A stretch of 64,000 nt of DNA from the NCBI GenBank assembly GCA_963720465.1, contig OY970393.1, positions 992,001 to 1,056,000 on the forward strand, read 5' to 3'. The notes beneath the pieces are model-generated. The model saw only the letters and a list, made by a program, of their open reading frames with translations. It was not told where the DNA came from and did no database searches. The translations under genes were made by a program, and so were the position numbers. Positions 35,088 through 44,984 of this stretch are shown piece after piece. Source of the DNA: Methanobacteriota archaeon (GTDB lineage: Archaea > Halobacteriota > Bog-38 > Methanoflorentales > Methanoflorentaceae). Positions within the stretch are counted from its first letter, which is position 1; every line of letters starts with the position of its first letter.

Positions 35088-35417
35088 CTATTCTTTAGTT
35101 ATTATCGCAGTGCAAACCTCATCAATCGCTATTTTTTCCGGTTTTTCCTTGCTACTCACTTCATTTGCGATTTCGATGATTACCTGTAAATCTTTCTTGG
35201 TCAACCTTGCGAAAGAGATGCCCTCCCAATCGCTTCGCTTGATGCAGACCCACGCCTCACCTAAGATGTACTTAAGCACGTCAATGTCTGTTGAAGTGAA
35301 TGACTTCCACTCAGAGGGCATTTTTCGCCGTATTTTTTCGAGTGCAACTTCGACGGCTTTTTCCTTGTGTATTTGAAATAACCGTCTTCCAACTTCCTCG
35401 TCATGGGCTTCAGGCAT
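35088..35417 (-). CDS. hypothetical protein
   Basis: 109-aa ATG-initiated, helical-looking ORF between the two ATPase operons. Confidence 0.7.
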   Translation of the reverse strand: MPEAHDEEVGRRLFQIHKEKAVEVALEKIRRKMPSEWKSFTSTDIDVLKYILGEAWVCIKRSDWEGISFARLTKKDLQVIIEIANEVSSKEKPEKIAIDEVCTAIITKE

Positions 35418-35633
35418 AACACTACCCTAATCGTATTCGAGCTACGTTTAGATATCTTTTTTGCCAATCAATTCCTACGAGCTGCAGATCGAACCTAGCA
35501 GCCTGTTCGCGCGAACAGAGCCTCCACTTTTTCCGTGGATCGGTGGTTATGCGCAATGCGCCGACTGCACATTCCGCAGTGGTGTCTCAGATGAACGACT
35601 GGGTGGGATACTTTACAGACGAAAAGATCTGCA

Positions 35634-36275
35634 TTACGCGGCTTCAGAACTCGCCGCTTTTTTCTTGATTTTCTTAAGCCGGAAAATATTTTCGCGTTCC
35701 ATCTCTTCGAGCCTGAACATGATAAACGCCTCGGCTTCTTTCAAGTCCGGTATCACCCGAAATTCAAGTGCGTTTACGCGACGCTTAATCCTTTCAATTT
35801 CCATAAGCAGTCGCTTAACGGCGGTTTCGACTTCCGCCGCACGTATAATCTTGTCTAGCAGCTCTTCGTATGCAGCTGCCGCCTCGTCAATCGCCGATGA
35901 TGTCCCTATTATGCCATAACCGCGCTCATCTATGCTCTTGCTGATAGTAGCGAAAGATACTTCCGGGACGGTGACCCCCATTAAGCTCCTGCTCGTTAAA
36001 GTGACCTCTGGCTTGTGCTTCAAAGCAAACGCGGCGGAATACACTTCTATTACGCCTTCGACCATTTCCGCGACATCAATCTTCTCCTTTGCAATTTTGT
36101 ACGCGTTCGCTAAGTCTATACTCGCATCTTTCGCCTTTTCAAGGACGTCAAAGAATTCCAGCAAGAGCCCGTCCCGCTTCATCTTCAGCAGGTTGTAGCC
36201 CGACTCCGACAACCGTATTTTCTTCTTAATTTCGAGCAGTTCCGATCGTGTTGGTTTTACTTCCCTTAAGGCCAT
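35634..36275 (-). CDS. atpD: A-type ATP synthase subunit D (operon 2)
   Basis: KPTRSELL, LLKMKRDGL, RRVNALEF, EMERENIFRLK. Confidence 0.96.
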   Translation of the reverse strand: MALREVKPTRSELLEIKKKIRLSESGYNLLKMKRDGLLLEFFDVLEKAKDASIDLANAYKIAKEKIDVAEMVEGVIEVYSAAFALKHKPEVTLTSRSLMGVTVPEVSFATISKSIDERGYGIIGTSSAIDEAAAAYEELLDKIIRAAEVETAVKRLLMEIERIKRRVNALEFRVIPDLKEAEAFIMFRLEEMERENIFRLKKIKKKAASSEAA

Positions 36276-36346
36276 GCGCTCTCCTTAGTCGAACAGGGAT
36301 TCTGGCGCTACGTGTGTACGCCGCCTACGCCTTGTCTAAAGCCACG

Positions 36347-37765
36347 CTAGGAAGAGACTGCGGGCACGGGCTCCTCAGCCTTTTTCGCGACGTGTGCCGG
36401 ATGATATTTCTCGATAAGTTTCCTGTCAATTCTGGTCAGTTGCGCTTCCGGCAACGTTGCAAGCAAGTCCCAGCCGAGTTGGAGCGTTTCTTCTATACCG
36501 CGATCTTCCTCGTAACCCTGTCGTACGAATTTATCCTCGAAGATATCTGCAAACTCGAGCAACGTTTTGTCACGATCGGAGAGTGACTCTTTCCCGACGA
36601 TCGCCACAAGCCCGCGCAGATCTTTGCCCTCGGCGTACCCTGCATAAAGCTGGTCCGATACCGCCTTATGGTCTTCACGCGTCTTTCCAACGCCTATGCC
36701 CGAATTCATCAGGCGTGAGAGCGAGGGGAGAACGTTCACTGGCGGATATATGCCCCTCCTGTGCAGTTCACGCGATATCACGAACTGCCCTTCCGTAATA
36801 TACCCCGTAAGGTCAGGAATTGGGTGGGTGATATCGTCGCCAGGCATGGTGAGAATCGGGATTTGCGTAATCGAACCTGTTTTACCGCGGATTCGTCCTG
36901 CGCGTTCATAGATCGACGCAAGGTCGGTGTACATGTATCCTGGGTAGCCTCGCCGGCCCGGCACCTCTTCGCGGGCAGCGCCAATCTGCCGCAGCGCTTC
37001 GCAATAATTTGTCATGTCGGTGAGAATAACGAGCACGTGCATATCGTGTTCGTAGGCGAGGTACTCAGCCGCTGTGAGCGCAAGCCTTGGGGTAATGAGC
37101 CGCTCAATTGCAGGATCATCCGCAAGGTTCAAGAACACGACGGCCCGCTCAAGCGCCCCAGTTCTCTCAAAGTCGTTCATAAAATGTCGCGCTTCTTCTG
37201 CGGTGATGCCCATGGCGACGAAAATGACGGCAAAGGCTTCTTCTGCACCCAATACTTTCGCCTGCCGCGCAATTTGCAGCGCCAAGTCGTTATGGGGGAG
37301 ACCCGATCCCGAGAAAATGGGCAATTTCTGCCCTCGAACGAGGGTATTCATTCCGTCTATCGTGGAAATGCCGGTTTGGATGAATTCAGATGGGTTATCT
37401 CGTGCATAGGGGTTAATCGCCGCGCCCGTTATGTCGAGTCGCTTTTCCGGCACGATTTCTGGACCGCCATCAAGCGGTTCACCTGATCCTGAGAGTATTC
37501 GGCCGAGTATTTCGGTCGAGACCGGCATCTTGATAACTTCACCGGTAAACCGTATTTTCGAGTGTCGGTCAATGCCCGCAGTCGTTTCGAATACTTGAAG
37601 TGCTACCAACTTTTCGGACGTGTCAAGAACCTGTCCTCTTTTCACAGTTCCGTCTGCGAGGATGACGTTGACAAGCTCCATATACCCAACAGGCTCTGTT
37701 TTCTCAACGAAAACGAGGGGCCCCGCAATGGATGTTATTGTTCGATACTCTTTCATTTTCTTCAC
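36347..37765 (-). CDS. atpB: A-type ATP synthase subunit B (operon 2)
   Basis: [31 protein letters not shown]. Confidence 0.98.
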   Translation of the reverse strand: MKKMKEYRTITSIAGPLVFVEKTEPVGYMELVNVILADGTVKRGQVLDTSEKLVALQVFETTAGIDRHSKIRFTGEVIKMPVSTEILGRILSGSGEPLDGGPEIVPEKRLDITGAAINPYARDNPSEFIQTGISTIDGMNTLVRGQKLPIFSGSGLPHNDLALQIARQAKVLGAEEAFAVIFVAMGITAEEARHFMNDFERTGALERAVVFLNLADDPAIERLITPRLALTAAEYLAYEHDMHVLVILTDMTNYCEALRQIGAAREEVPGRRGYPGYMYTDLASIYERAGRIRGKTGSITQIPILTMPGDDITHPIPDLTGYITEGQFVISRELHRRGIYPPVNVLPSLSRLMNSGIGVGKTREDHKAVSDQLYAGYAEGKDLRGLVAIVGKESLSDRDKTLLEFADIFEDKFVRQGYEEDRGIEETLQLGWDLLATLPEAQLTRIDRKLIEKYHPAHVAKKAEEPVPAVSS

Positions 37766-37766
37766 C

Positions 37767-39494
37767 CTATGCTAGTTCCGCTCGCAGGGCTGTTTCAATC
37801 TCTTCAAGCTTGGTCCCGTATTCTGCTTCAAACTTGATCTGCGCCAGCTCCGACTTTGCTGGGACGTTCATGATCTCATCGACGAGTCTGCCCATATTGA
37901 GAGCTTTTCTCGCAAGATCGTCATAAACCATGATAGCAGCGAGAATATCGTGTTGCTTTTGAAGGGGACAGTACGTATCAACCTCGTGATACGCATTTTG
38001 CTGCAAAAAGTACTCGCGAATCATCCGCGCAACCTCCAGGGTTAGCTGCTCATCATCAGGGAGCGCATCAGATCCGACTAGTTGCACGACTTCCTGAAGT
38101 TCACTTTCTTTCTGGAGTATCGCCATAGCCCGCATTCTGAGTTCTTCCCAATCTCCGGCGACATGATCGACAAACCATTCCGCGAGGTTTTGCGTATAGA
38201 GGCTATATGAATCGAGCCAGTTAATAGAGGGGAAATGGCGCCGTTGTGAGAGCTTGCTGTCGAGAGCCCAAAATACTTTCACTATCCGGAGTGTATTTTG
38301 CGTCACAGGTTCCGAGAAATCGCCTCCTGGAGGGCTCACCGCCCCGATAACGGTGATAGAACCTTCGTTACCGCCAAGTGTTTTGACACGCCCCGAACGC
38401 TCATAGAACTCAGAGAGCCGTGCGGCGAGATAGGCAGGATATCCTTCCTCGCCGGGCATTTCCTCCAGACGTGAAGAGATCTCACGCATAGCCTCAGCCC
38501 ATCGTGACGTCGAGTCTGCCATAAGGGAAACGTCATACCCCATATCGCGGAAATACTCAGCGATGGTCACGCCGGTATAGACCGACGCCTCGCGGGCTGC
38601 TACCGGCATATTTGAGGTATTTGCTACGAGTACGGTACGATCCATGAGCGGCGCGTTTGTTTGGGGGTCTAGAAGCTCCGGAAATTCGGTGAGCACGTCA
38701 GCCATTTCATTGCCGCGCTCTCCGCAGCCGATGTACACCACAATCTGTGTGTCCGACCATTTCGCGAGTTGTTGCTGCGCGACCGTCTTTCCAGAACCAA
38801 AAGGCCCGGGAATAGCTGCAGTTCCGCCTTTCGCCACAGGGAATAGTGCATCCAGAATCCGTTGCCCCGTAACGAGGGGGGTGTCAGGCATTAACTTCTC
38901 AACCGATGGTCTCGACACACGAACCGGCCACTCCTGCATGAGCTTGAGTTCTGTTCCGTCGTCAAGAGTGCAAATAACGTCGTCTACCGTGTGTTCTCCG
39001 GACTCTATCGTCTTTATCGTTCCGCCTTTCTCGGGAGGAACCATGATCTTGTGCTGTAAGTGCGGCGTCTCTTGCACGTGGCCGATAGTTTGACCCGCGT
39101 GGACCTCCTCGCCGGGCTTAACCTCCGACACGAAGTCCCACTTCTTTGAATGGTCGAGTCCTGATGCGGCGACGCCCCTCTCGATGAAGTCACCCAGTTG
39201 CGCATTCAACACTGGAAGCGGCCGTTGAATGCCGTCATAAATTGAACTTAAGAGCCCGGGCCCCAGCTCAACGGAAAGCGGCAACCCCGTGTTCTCCACA
39301 GGCTCACCGGGCCTTAGGCCTGACGTATCCTCATAAACTTGAATGATGAACTTGTCCTGATCGATCTCGATGACCTCTCCCATGAGGCCTTCGTCACCAA
39401 CCTTTACGAGGTCATACATCTTTGCTTCGATCCCGACAACAGTAACGACGGGCCCTGCAACCCGATATATCCTGCCCTTTTGCTCTACTTCCAC
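37767..39494 (-). CDS. atpA: A-type ATP synthase subunit A (operon 2)
   Basis: [24 protein letters not shown]. Confidence 0.98.
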   Translation of the reverse strand: MEVEQKGRIYRVAGPVVTVVGIEAKMYDLVKVGDEGLMGEVIEIDQDKFIIQVYEDTSGLRPGEPVENTGLPLSVELGPGLLSSIYDGIQRPLPVLNAQLGDFIERGVAASGLDHSKKWDFVSEVKPGEEVHAGQTIGHVQETPHLQHKIMVPPEKGGTIKTIESGEHTVDDVICTLDDGTELKLMQEWPVRVSRPSVEKLMPDTPLVTGQRILDALFPVAKGGTAAIPGPFGSGKTVAQQQLAKWSDTQIVVYIGCGERGNEMADVLTEFPELLDPQTNAPLMDRTVLVANTSNMPVAAREASVYTGVTIAEYFRDMGYDVSLMADSTSRWAEAMREISSRLEEMPGEEGYPAYLAARLSEFYERSGRVKTLGGNEGSITVIGAVSPPGGDFSEPVTQNTLRIVKVFWALDSKLSQRRHFPSINWLDSYSLYTQNLAEWFVDHVAGDWEELRMRAMAILQKESELQEVVQLVGSDALPDDEQLTLEVARMIREYFLQQNAYHEVDTYCPLQKQHDILAAIMVYDDLARKALNMGRLVDEIMNVPAKSELAQIKFEAEYGTKLEEIETALRAELA

Positions 39495-39796
39495 AAGTCA
39501 ACACCTACAGATCGCTTTATCTTCTCTCGCAAATGCGTGCGTTCTTCTCCGGCGCCGCCAATTGAGATGACGGTCGGTTCGATGGAGTCGTCTAAGGCTA
39601 TGCGCAAAGGCATCGACACCTTTTCCACATCGTCGCTATTCATGATTAATATGCCAATGTCCTCGTCCTTTAAGGCCTCCTTAAGTGTCGGCTCCAAATC
39701 AGCATCGGTAGTGATGAATGTTTTCCGCACGCCGGCCAATAGAAAGCCTGTCACAAAATCAGCGCTGCCAACAACTGCAACTTCCACGCAACTCAC
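39485..39796 (-). CDS. atpF: A-type ATP synthase subunit F (operon 2)
   Basis: [18 protein letters not shown]...[15 protein letters not shown]. Confidence 0.95.
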   Translation of the reverse strand: MSCVEVAVVGSADFVTGFLLAGVRKTFITTDADLEPTLKEALKDEDIGILIMNSDDVEKVSMPLRIALDDSIEPTVISIGGAGEERTHLREKIKRSVGVDLWK

Positions 39797-39831
39797 CGCA
39801 TTACAAAACGTTTGCCCTAAACTATATTCTT

Positions 39832-40902
39832 CTATAGTGCCAGATGGTCTTTAATGATTTCTTGCGATAGTCCCGCCTCTTTGCCTCGCACTATCGCTTG
39901 GATGTTGTCCACTTCTGCGTCTTTGCTCAGCATGTACCCCGGCATGGGCAGCACTGTCAACGGATTGAACGTAGAGATCTTCCACACGTGCTCGTTCAAG
40001 TATTTGTCCAGCCTCAGTTCGATCTTGCTCAATGATTCCATTCGCTCTGTGACGAGGTCAGAAATAGCGCTCCAATACCGATATTTGCCCAACAAAGCTA
40101 CAAATTCGTCGAAGGGCACATCAGCCATCTTCTCGATCTCCTTGTCTGAGAGATACAGTCCGCCCGGTATGACATATTCAAGGACGCGCGAGCCTGAAAT
40201 GCCTGCATTTTTCAACCTGAATAATGTTTTTAAGTTGGCGACGTCGATCTCCATTTTAATGACGGTCAAGTACAGCGAAGAGCCGCCTATTCTCGATACG
40301 AGGTCCACCATTCTTGCATAATAGAACTTGTCAAGTTCGTCTTCAACCTTCATCGAAGATTCGGTGTAGCCAATATCTTTGATGACATCATAATAGACGG
40401 TGCCTTTCAATGCAGCGATAACCTCTTCAACACTGGGCTTCCGTACGAGAGTCTGCAGGTACTCGCGCGCTAGCTCGCCACTGGGGACCAGGATCCTCAC
40501 TATCTCCTCATCGGAAGCTCCGTACATTTTTCCTCGCAGTATAGTTTTAATGTTCCAGATGTCCCAGCGTCTGAGATATTCCACGATCAAGTCGTGAGGT
40601 TCGCCCATCGTCATCTCCATGAGCTTGGTGAATGTCCTCGCCAAGTTCAGGTGCGTAGCGAACTCAACTAAATCTATGCCTGAGTACGTGCGCGCCAGTT
40701 CGTCGACTTCAGCTTTGTACTCCGACTCTTCAATAAATCGGGTTATTTCAGGAAGGGCCATGACAAGGAGTTTTGCATAGGTCTCCTTCGGAAAGAGCTT
40801 CACCTTCATTGCGTGCACTCGTGCAGTGCCATAGGCGTATCTCGCTCTGGGCGCAGATCCTGAAGATTTGCCCTTTTTTGGCCGCGTGTACATTGCGCTC
40901 AC
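39832..40902 (-). CDS. atpC: A-type ATP synthase subunit C (operon 2)
   Basis: YAYGTARVHAMK, WDIWNIKTILRGK, EVDNIQAIVRGK. Confidence 0.94.
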   Translation of the reverse strand: MSAMYTRPKKGKSSGSAPRARYAYGTARVHAMKVKLFPKETYAKLLVMALPEITRFIEESEYKAEVDELARTYSGIDLVEFATHLNLARTFTKLMEMTMGEPHDLIVEYLRRWDIWNIKTILRGKMYGASDEEIVRILVPSGELAREYLQTLVRKPSVEEVIAALKGTVYYDVIKDIGYTESSMKVEDELDKFYYARMVDLVSRIGGSSLYLTVIKMEIDVANLKTLFRLKNAGISGSRVLEYVIPGGLYLSDKEIEKMADVPFDEFVALLGKYRYWSAISDLVTERMESLSKIELRLDKYLNEHVWKISTFNPLTVLPMPGYMLSKDAEVDNIQAIVRGKEAGLSQEIIKDHLAL

Positions 40903-41447
40903 ACGTTCAAAATTTCTAAGAGCTGCTTCAAAGACGTCTCACGCACGTTCCTGAGAAGCGTGTCGAAGGTCAGGTCGTGTATGACTGTGCCATCTTCATT
41001 TTCCAAAACTATGCCGCCTGAACAGAGAATCGTGCCACCATATTCCAAGTCGGTGATTCGTCTCACTATGGACTCGTCGCTTTTGTTTGAAAAAATACGC
41101 TTTGAGTCAGTGTGTGATTCGAGCAGCCTCTTGATGAGGGTTTCTCGCTCCGATTCAGAAAGTGCAGCCAGCGATCCCAAGGCTTCGGCATATACGTTGT
41201 CAAGCAGTTGTTTCTTCGCGTTGAGGATCGATCGCTTAACATCAAGATTCGCGCTGGATATTTCTCTGTTTTTTCGACGCTCAATTTGTTGGACTGCCTG
41301 CTCTCGTCTTTCTTCGAGGATCTGACGCGCTGTGTTTTCGGCCCCTCCGATTATGGCATTGGCTTCGTCCGTTCCTTCTTGCCTGATGCGGTTCGCTTCC
41401 TCCTCTCCTCGCGCTAGGACGTCCTTGACGACGACTTCCAAGCCCAT
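40899..41447 (-). CDS. atpE: A-type ATP synthase subunit E (operon 2)
   Basis: MGLEVVVKDV...GGIVLENEDGT...DLTFD. Confidence 0.94.
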   Translation of the reverse strand: MGLEVVVKDVLARGEEEANRIRQEGTDEANAIIGGAENTARQILEERREQAVQQIERRKNREISSANLDVKRSILNAKKQLLDNVYAEALGSLAALSESERETLIKRLLESHTDSKRIFSNKSDESIVRRITDLEYGGTILCSGGIVLENEDGTVIHDLTFDTLLRNVRETSLKQLLEILNV

Positions 41448-41453
41448 AGGTCC

Positions 41454-41693
41454 TCAGATTGTAGGCATAGTCACAAAGAGCAGTATCAAGGCCACGACGA
41501 GCCCGAAAATTACAATAGACTCCGGAATGACGGTCATGACCAGACCCCTCCCGAAGAAGCCTTCGTCTTCAGCCATGACTCCGATGGCTGCCGAACCAAT
41601 GACTTGCTCGCCCAAGGCGGCTGCGATTCCCGTGGCGCCGACCGCTATGGCTGCGGCCAAAGCGACCATACCTCCTCCAATTGGATCTACCAT
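41454..41693 (-). CDS. atpK: A-type ATP synthase proteolipid K/c (operon 2)
   Basis: GEQVIGSAAIGVMAE...FGRGLVMTVIPESIVIFG. Confidence 0.95.
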   Translation of the reverse strand: MVDPIGGGMVALAAAIAVGATGIAAALGEQVIGSAAIGVMAEDEGFFGRGLVMTVIPESIVIFGLVVALILLFVTMPTI

Positions 41694-43607
41694 TTATTGT
41701 TCCTCCGTATATTTTCTCTTAAAACCAAACGGCCTATATTTCGTTCCGCCTCCACTATAGAACTTCGTGAAGAACTCCACGTAGTGCAATCTCAAGGATT
41801 GCAAGCCTGAATCCAAAATGCCGAGCGCAGTATTCACCGCGTGGCCAACGATTAGCATTAGCACTCCCAAAATGACGAAAACCCCGCCCCGGGAGAAGAA
41901 GAGCGCATATGACAGCTTATTTACTGCAAGAGCGATACCGGCCGAAGAAATGCCTATCGAGAGCAATCGCGAATAAGAGAGCACATTAGACAGAAGCGTC
42001 GGAAGCTCAGCGATGCCGATGATGCCTTCACCCATTATCAAGAATATGAAGCCTACTACGGCGACTGCCAAGCCGGCCAACAACGGGGGAGATATGCTGA
42101 TAGCAGTTCCCGACGTAAGAGGCGGCAAGATCTGAATGATCACGAGTACCCCACCCCACAGCAGAAGAAGCCAGCTTACTTTCGCGAATACGGCGTGCTT
42201 CAGCCCGTGCTGTCGATATTCGTTGACAAATCCGAGTACATACCCGAGCGTGAGCATGAGGATGCCAATAACTAAGGTAACCAGAAGCAACGTGAGAACG
42301 TTCTCAAAACGGGGAATAGTCGGATAAGCGTAAGAGGACAGAATCAAACCGCTTTTCCCAACTAGCTCGACGCCGAAGAACTCATTGTAGATAAGTCCGA
42401 ACACGAGCGATAATACCCCTGCATAGACCAGGATCTTGGCCAAATCGCGAATGCCTTTCGATTTCAGCATTCGCATCACCAACAAGCCTATTACGATAAT
42501 CACGACTCCGTACCCAATATCTCCCAGCATCAGGGCGAAGAGAAAAGGATAAATCAGAGCGACAAACGTCGTTGGGTCGATCTCGTTGTACTTCGGAAGT
42601 GAAAAGGCCCTCACAAGCACCTCAAAAGGTTCTGAAGGCATCGGGTTTTCGAGTGCTATGGGAACTTTTTCTGGGCTGACTACCTCCGATGCATCAGTGG
42701 CCACCATGACGTGACCTTCAGTCGCGCGATCGACGTCGCTTTGGACGCGTTCAAGCTTCTTTGTGGGAATCCAGCCCTCAACGATGAATGCGTTCTTCGT
42801 CGTGGCGAATCGCAGCGGAGCTTCAGCCTTTTGTGTTGCTACCGAGAGGTACTCGTCTGAAGCGAGAATGTAATCGATGTATTTTTCCCGGAGCGCGTTT
42901 AGATCCTTCTGGCTCTCTTCTTTTTCGGATTCAAGTTCGGTACGCTGTGCATCGAGATTTACGAGTATGTCCTTCGGGGTGCCCTCCATTTCAGGGAGCG
43001 AAAGCGCTGAATAGTTCTGGTCTTGCAAGCGTTTCAGAACATCGTCCTCAAATGCCCTAGGCACAAAAAGGGCGATGGCGTGCCCCCTGCCATAGGGCAC
43101 AGTTTCGAGCTCATAGTCATTGGTGATATCGCTGATCGCAGGCGACCCTTTCAGTGTCCCGACAAACACCGTTAACGAGCGATAGCCGCCATACAGATCG
43201 AGTGGCAGGTCAAAGCTCTTCAGAGGGTCGAGCAATCGCTTTTTGTCGTTGATGTCTTTGATGCGCGAATCGATATCGCTTATCTTGTGTGTTACTTGCG
43301 TAAGGTCAAAATTAAGGCGCTCCGTTTTCTCATCGATCTCATCGGAAATAGCGCCTTCAGGGTACTTACTTTGAATGTCCTCTTTGCCTGTGATGTGGAG
43401 ATAACTCGCTATAGAGCGCAGGGATACGGCCCGCTCTGAGAGCTTGGTGGCGCTAGCGTACGGCGTGCCGATCTTGAAGTCTTCATCTTCATCAACGAAG
43501 TCGGTAATGTGGACAACATTATGCTTATGCAGGACATCTATCGCGACGCCCATATAGTCTTTCGATCCGGCAATGATGACCTTCGTCATCGCTTGCGGCT
43601 CAAACAT
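41694..43607 (-). CDS. atpI: A-type ATP synthase subunit I (operon 2)
   Basis: MLGDIGYG, LSYSRLL, LRLHYVEFFTKFY; ATG at 43607. Confidence 0.96.
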   Translation of the reverse strand: MFEPQAMTKVIIAGSKDYMGVAIDVLHKHNVVHITDFVDEDEDFKIGTPYASATKLSERAVSLRSIASYLHITGKEDIQSKYPEGAISDEIDEKTERLNFDLTQVTHKISDIDSRIKDINDKKRLLDPLKSFDLPLDLYGGYRSLTVFVGTLKGSPAISDITNDYELETVPYGRGHAIALFVPRAFEDDVLKRLQDQNYSALSLPEMEGTPKDILVNLDAQRTELESEKEESQKDLNALREKYIDYILASDEYLSVATQKAEAPLRFATTKNAFIVEGWIPTKKLERVQSDVDRATEGHVMVATDASEVVSPEKVPIALENPMPSEPFEVLVRAFSLPKYNEIDPTTFVALIYPFLFALMLGDIGYGVVIIVIGLLVMRMLKSKGIRDLAKILVYAGVLSLVFGLIYNEFFGVELVGKSGLILSSYAYPTIPRFENVLTLLLVTLVIGILMLTLGYVLGFVNEYRQHGLKHAVFAKVSWLLLLWGGVLVIIQILPPLTSGTAISISPPLLAGLAVAVVGFIFLIMGEGIIGIAELPTLLSNVLSYSRLLSIGISSAGIALAVNKLSYALFFSRGGVFVILGVLMLIVGHAVNTALGILDSGLQSLRLHYVEFFTKFYSGGGTKYRPFGFKRKYTEEQ

Positions 43608-43923
43608 AGTGCGTCCTCTTGAACTCCTCAACCAAATACGAGAGCGCTTCAGCGTGCTTTTTCTCGGCGCGCTCTTTGATTCTTAAAATATCTGCTTCTC
43701 CGGTCTTATGGATTGCTTGCTTAGCTGTGCTTATGTCTGCATCGGCAGTCGCGTTCAAATCGTCTGCTATCTTGCTTGCTTTTTTCTCTGACGCATCAAT
43801 TATCTCAAACGATCTCTTTTTTGCATCTTCGATTGTTTGTTCTTTTTGAGTCTGAGCTTCATCGATCATTCGCTGGGCTTCCGCTTCAGCAGCCTTGATC
43901 TCTAATAATATATCTGACTTCAT
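43600..43923 (-). CDS. atpH: A-type ATP synthase subunit H (operon 2)
   Basis: ILLEIKAAEAEAQRMIDEA coiled coil; first gene of the operon. Confidence 0.9.
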   Translation of the reverse strand: MKSDILLEIKAAEAEAQRMIDEAQTQKEQTIEDAKKRSFEIIDASEKKASKIADDLNATADADISTAKQAIHKTGEADILRIKERAEKKHAEALSYLVEEFKRTHYV

Positions 43924-44041
43924 ATGACCAAGCCCATCCGGTATAATAAAAAGGGATGTTATTTAAGCTTTAGCAAACGTCGCCCACTCGCGTATCGGAG
44001 CAAAAAAGGGCAAAAGATACCATCTTCGCGAACGCGCAGTG

Positions 44042-44824
44042 CTACGCTTTCAAATAGTCTTCAGCGTACACGTCTTTGTTCAGCAGCACGTCGCACGTTT
44101 TTATGGTGTCCAATAGCTCTCGATCCTCGGTGTTTATGATTGCTGATGATAATCCCGCGCCCATCAGCATTGCCAGAAATGTCCGTTCAATTAATCGCGG
44201 ATTCTTTGTATCGTGCGAGATGTTGTTTAGGCCGATAGTCGTCTTTAGCGCTGACGTGGGGCTCGTGAGGAGGCCAATTTTTCGAACCGCTTCGACGACG
44301 ATCGGCGCTTGATCTTGCGCCGTACTCACGGGCAAACAAACAGGGTCGACGAACAGCTTGTCGACTTCGATGCCGTACTCACACGCGTTTGCGACAAGTG
44401 TCGCGGCCTGTTCCACTCGCTTATCGACGTCGCCAAGAATAAACTTCTCGTCCATCGTCATGCATATAATTTCTGAATCGTGCTCCGCGGCCAATGGAAA
44501 AAGCGTCGCCATCTTCTCCTGCTCAGCGGGGATCGAATTGATCATCGACTTTCCTTTGACGTCGTCAATACCGGCTTTCATCACGTCGATTTTAGGAGTG
44601 TCGATGGAAAGCGTTACGTCAATCACATCTTGCACAGTCGCTACCAGCCATTTCATCATCTCAGTGGCATCGCTTCTGGCAAGCCCCGCGTTGAGGTCGA
44701 TGATTTGCGCCCCGGCGTCGACTTGCCGAATTGCAAGTTCCTGAACAGCTTTCGTATCTCGTCGATCGATTATCGCTTCAACCGACTTTGAGTAGCCGTT
44801 GATGTTGCCGCCAATGACTATCAT
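44042..44824 (-). CDS. acsE: methyl-pterin:corrinoid iron-sulfur protein methyltransferase (AcsE/MeTr, pterin-binding TIM barrel)
   Basis: MIVIGGNING, QVDAGAQIIDLNAG, LSIDT, MINS, VDP, GLNNIS, RTFLAMLMGAGLSSAI; real start at 44824. Confidence 0.88.
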   Translation of the reverse strand: MIVIGGNINGYSKSVEAIIDRRDTKAVQELAIRQVDAGAQIIDLNAGLARSDATEMMKWLVATVQDVIDVTLSIDTPKIDVMKAGIDDVKGKSMINSIPAEQEKMATLFPLAAEHDSEIICMTMDEKFILGDVDKRVEQAATLVANACEYGIEVDKLFVDPVCLPVSTAQDQAPIVVEAVRKIGLLTSPTSALKTTIGLNNISHDTKNPRLIERTFLAMLMGAGLSSAIINTEDRELLDTIKTCDVLLNKDVYAEDYLKA

Positions 44825-44984
44825 AGACAACTCCCCCGCTAAAGTGCAAGTGATTAGGTGCGCGTAACGCTTTAACGCTTTCGCATGAGCGCGCACGACG
44901 CTACCCACCTCGCAACCTATATATAAAAATATAGTATATAAAGACACGTCAATTTTGAACACAATGTGAGGCTTTTGGGGCAAT

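Noticed and set aside
31214-39494. Inteins in ATPase A subunits
   Set aside because: Both are normal length (579 and 575 aa) with continuous motifs.
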